From Octopus sinensis (taxonomy: Eukaryota), in NCBI RefSeq assembly GCF_006345805.1, contig NC_043000.1:76198001-76262000 (forward strand): a stretch of 64,000 nucleotides of DNA, in the 5' to 3' direction. The position numbers and the translations under genes are program-made. The notes below the pieces were generated by a model. The model ran no database searches and had not been told where the DNA came from. It was given only the letters and a program-made list of their open reading frames with translations. Positions 63,937 to 64,000 of the stretch are shown in pieces (positions within the stretch are counted from its first letter, which is position 1; each line of letters opens with the position of its first letter).

Positions 63937-64000
63937 TATGTATTATATATATGTATGTATATATATATATATGTATATATATTATATATGTATATATATA

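Overview
AT-rich, repeat-dense eukaryotic DNA, most likely an octopus: this is inferred from the tRNA-like SINE families, RTE LINEs and (TA)n/(TAA)n microsatellites. Two spliced protein-coding genes lie on the minus strand. UFL1 (E3 UFM1-protein ligase 1) has six exons here, from the ATG at 32549 to the left window edge. A PAF-acetylhydrolase (PLA2G7/PAFAH2-like) gene has its last four exons at 52341-44611 with an intact Ser-Asp-His triad; its upstream exons were not found in the window. The rest is a layered mobilome: RTE, CR1-like, R4/Dong-like, Penelope-like, Ty3/gypsy, piggyBac, mariner, Merlin (ISXO2/IS1595-like), hAT-Buster, SINEs and MITEs. The standout is 59328-61620: tandem and fold-back arrays of a ~362-nt non-coding unit in two subfamilies. 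The array holds four type I hammerhead-ribozyme motifs with a rare U3-A8 compensatory core, compensatory helix changes between subfamilies and palindromic stem III. This fits a retrozyme-like (circular RNA) element. It sits beside a Penelope-like GIY-YIG relic carrying a different hammerhead-like motif, inside an inferred intron of the PAF-AH gene. All structures were read by eye; nothing was computed or searched.
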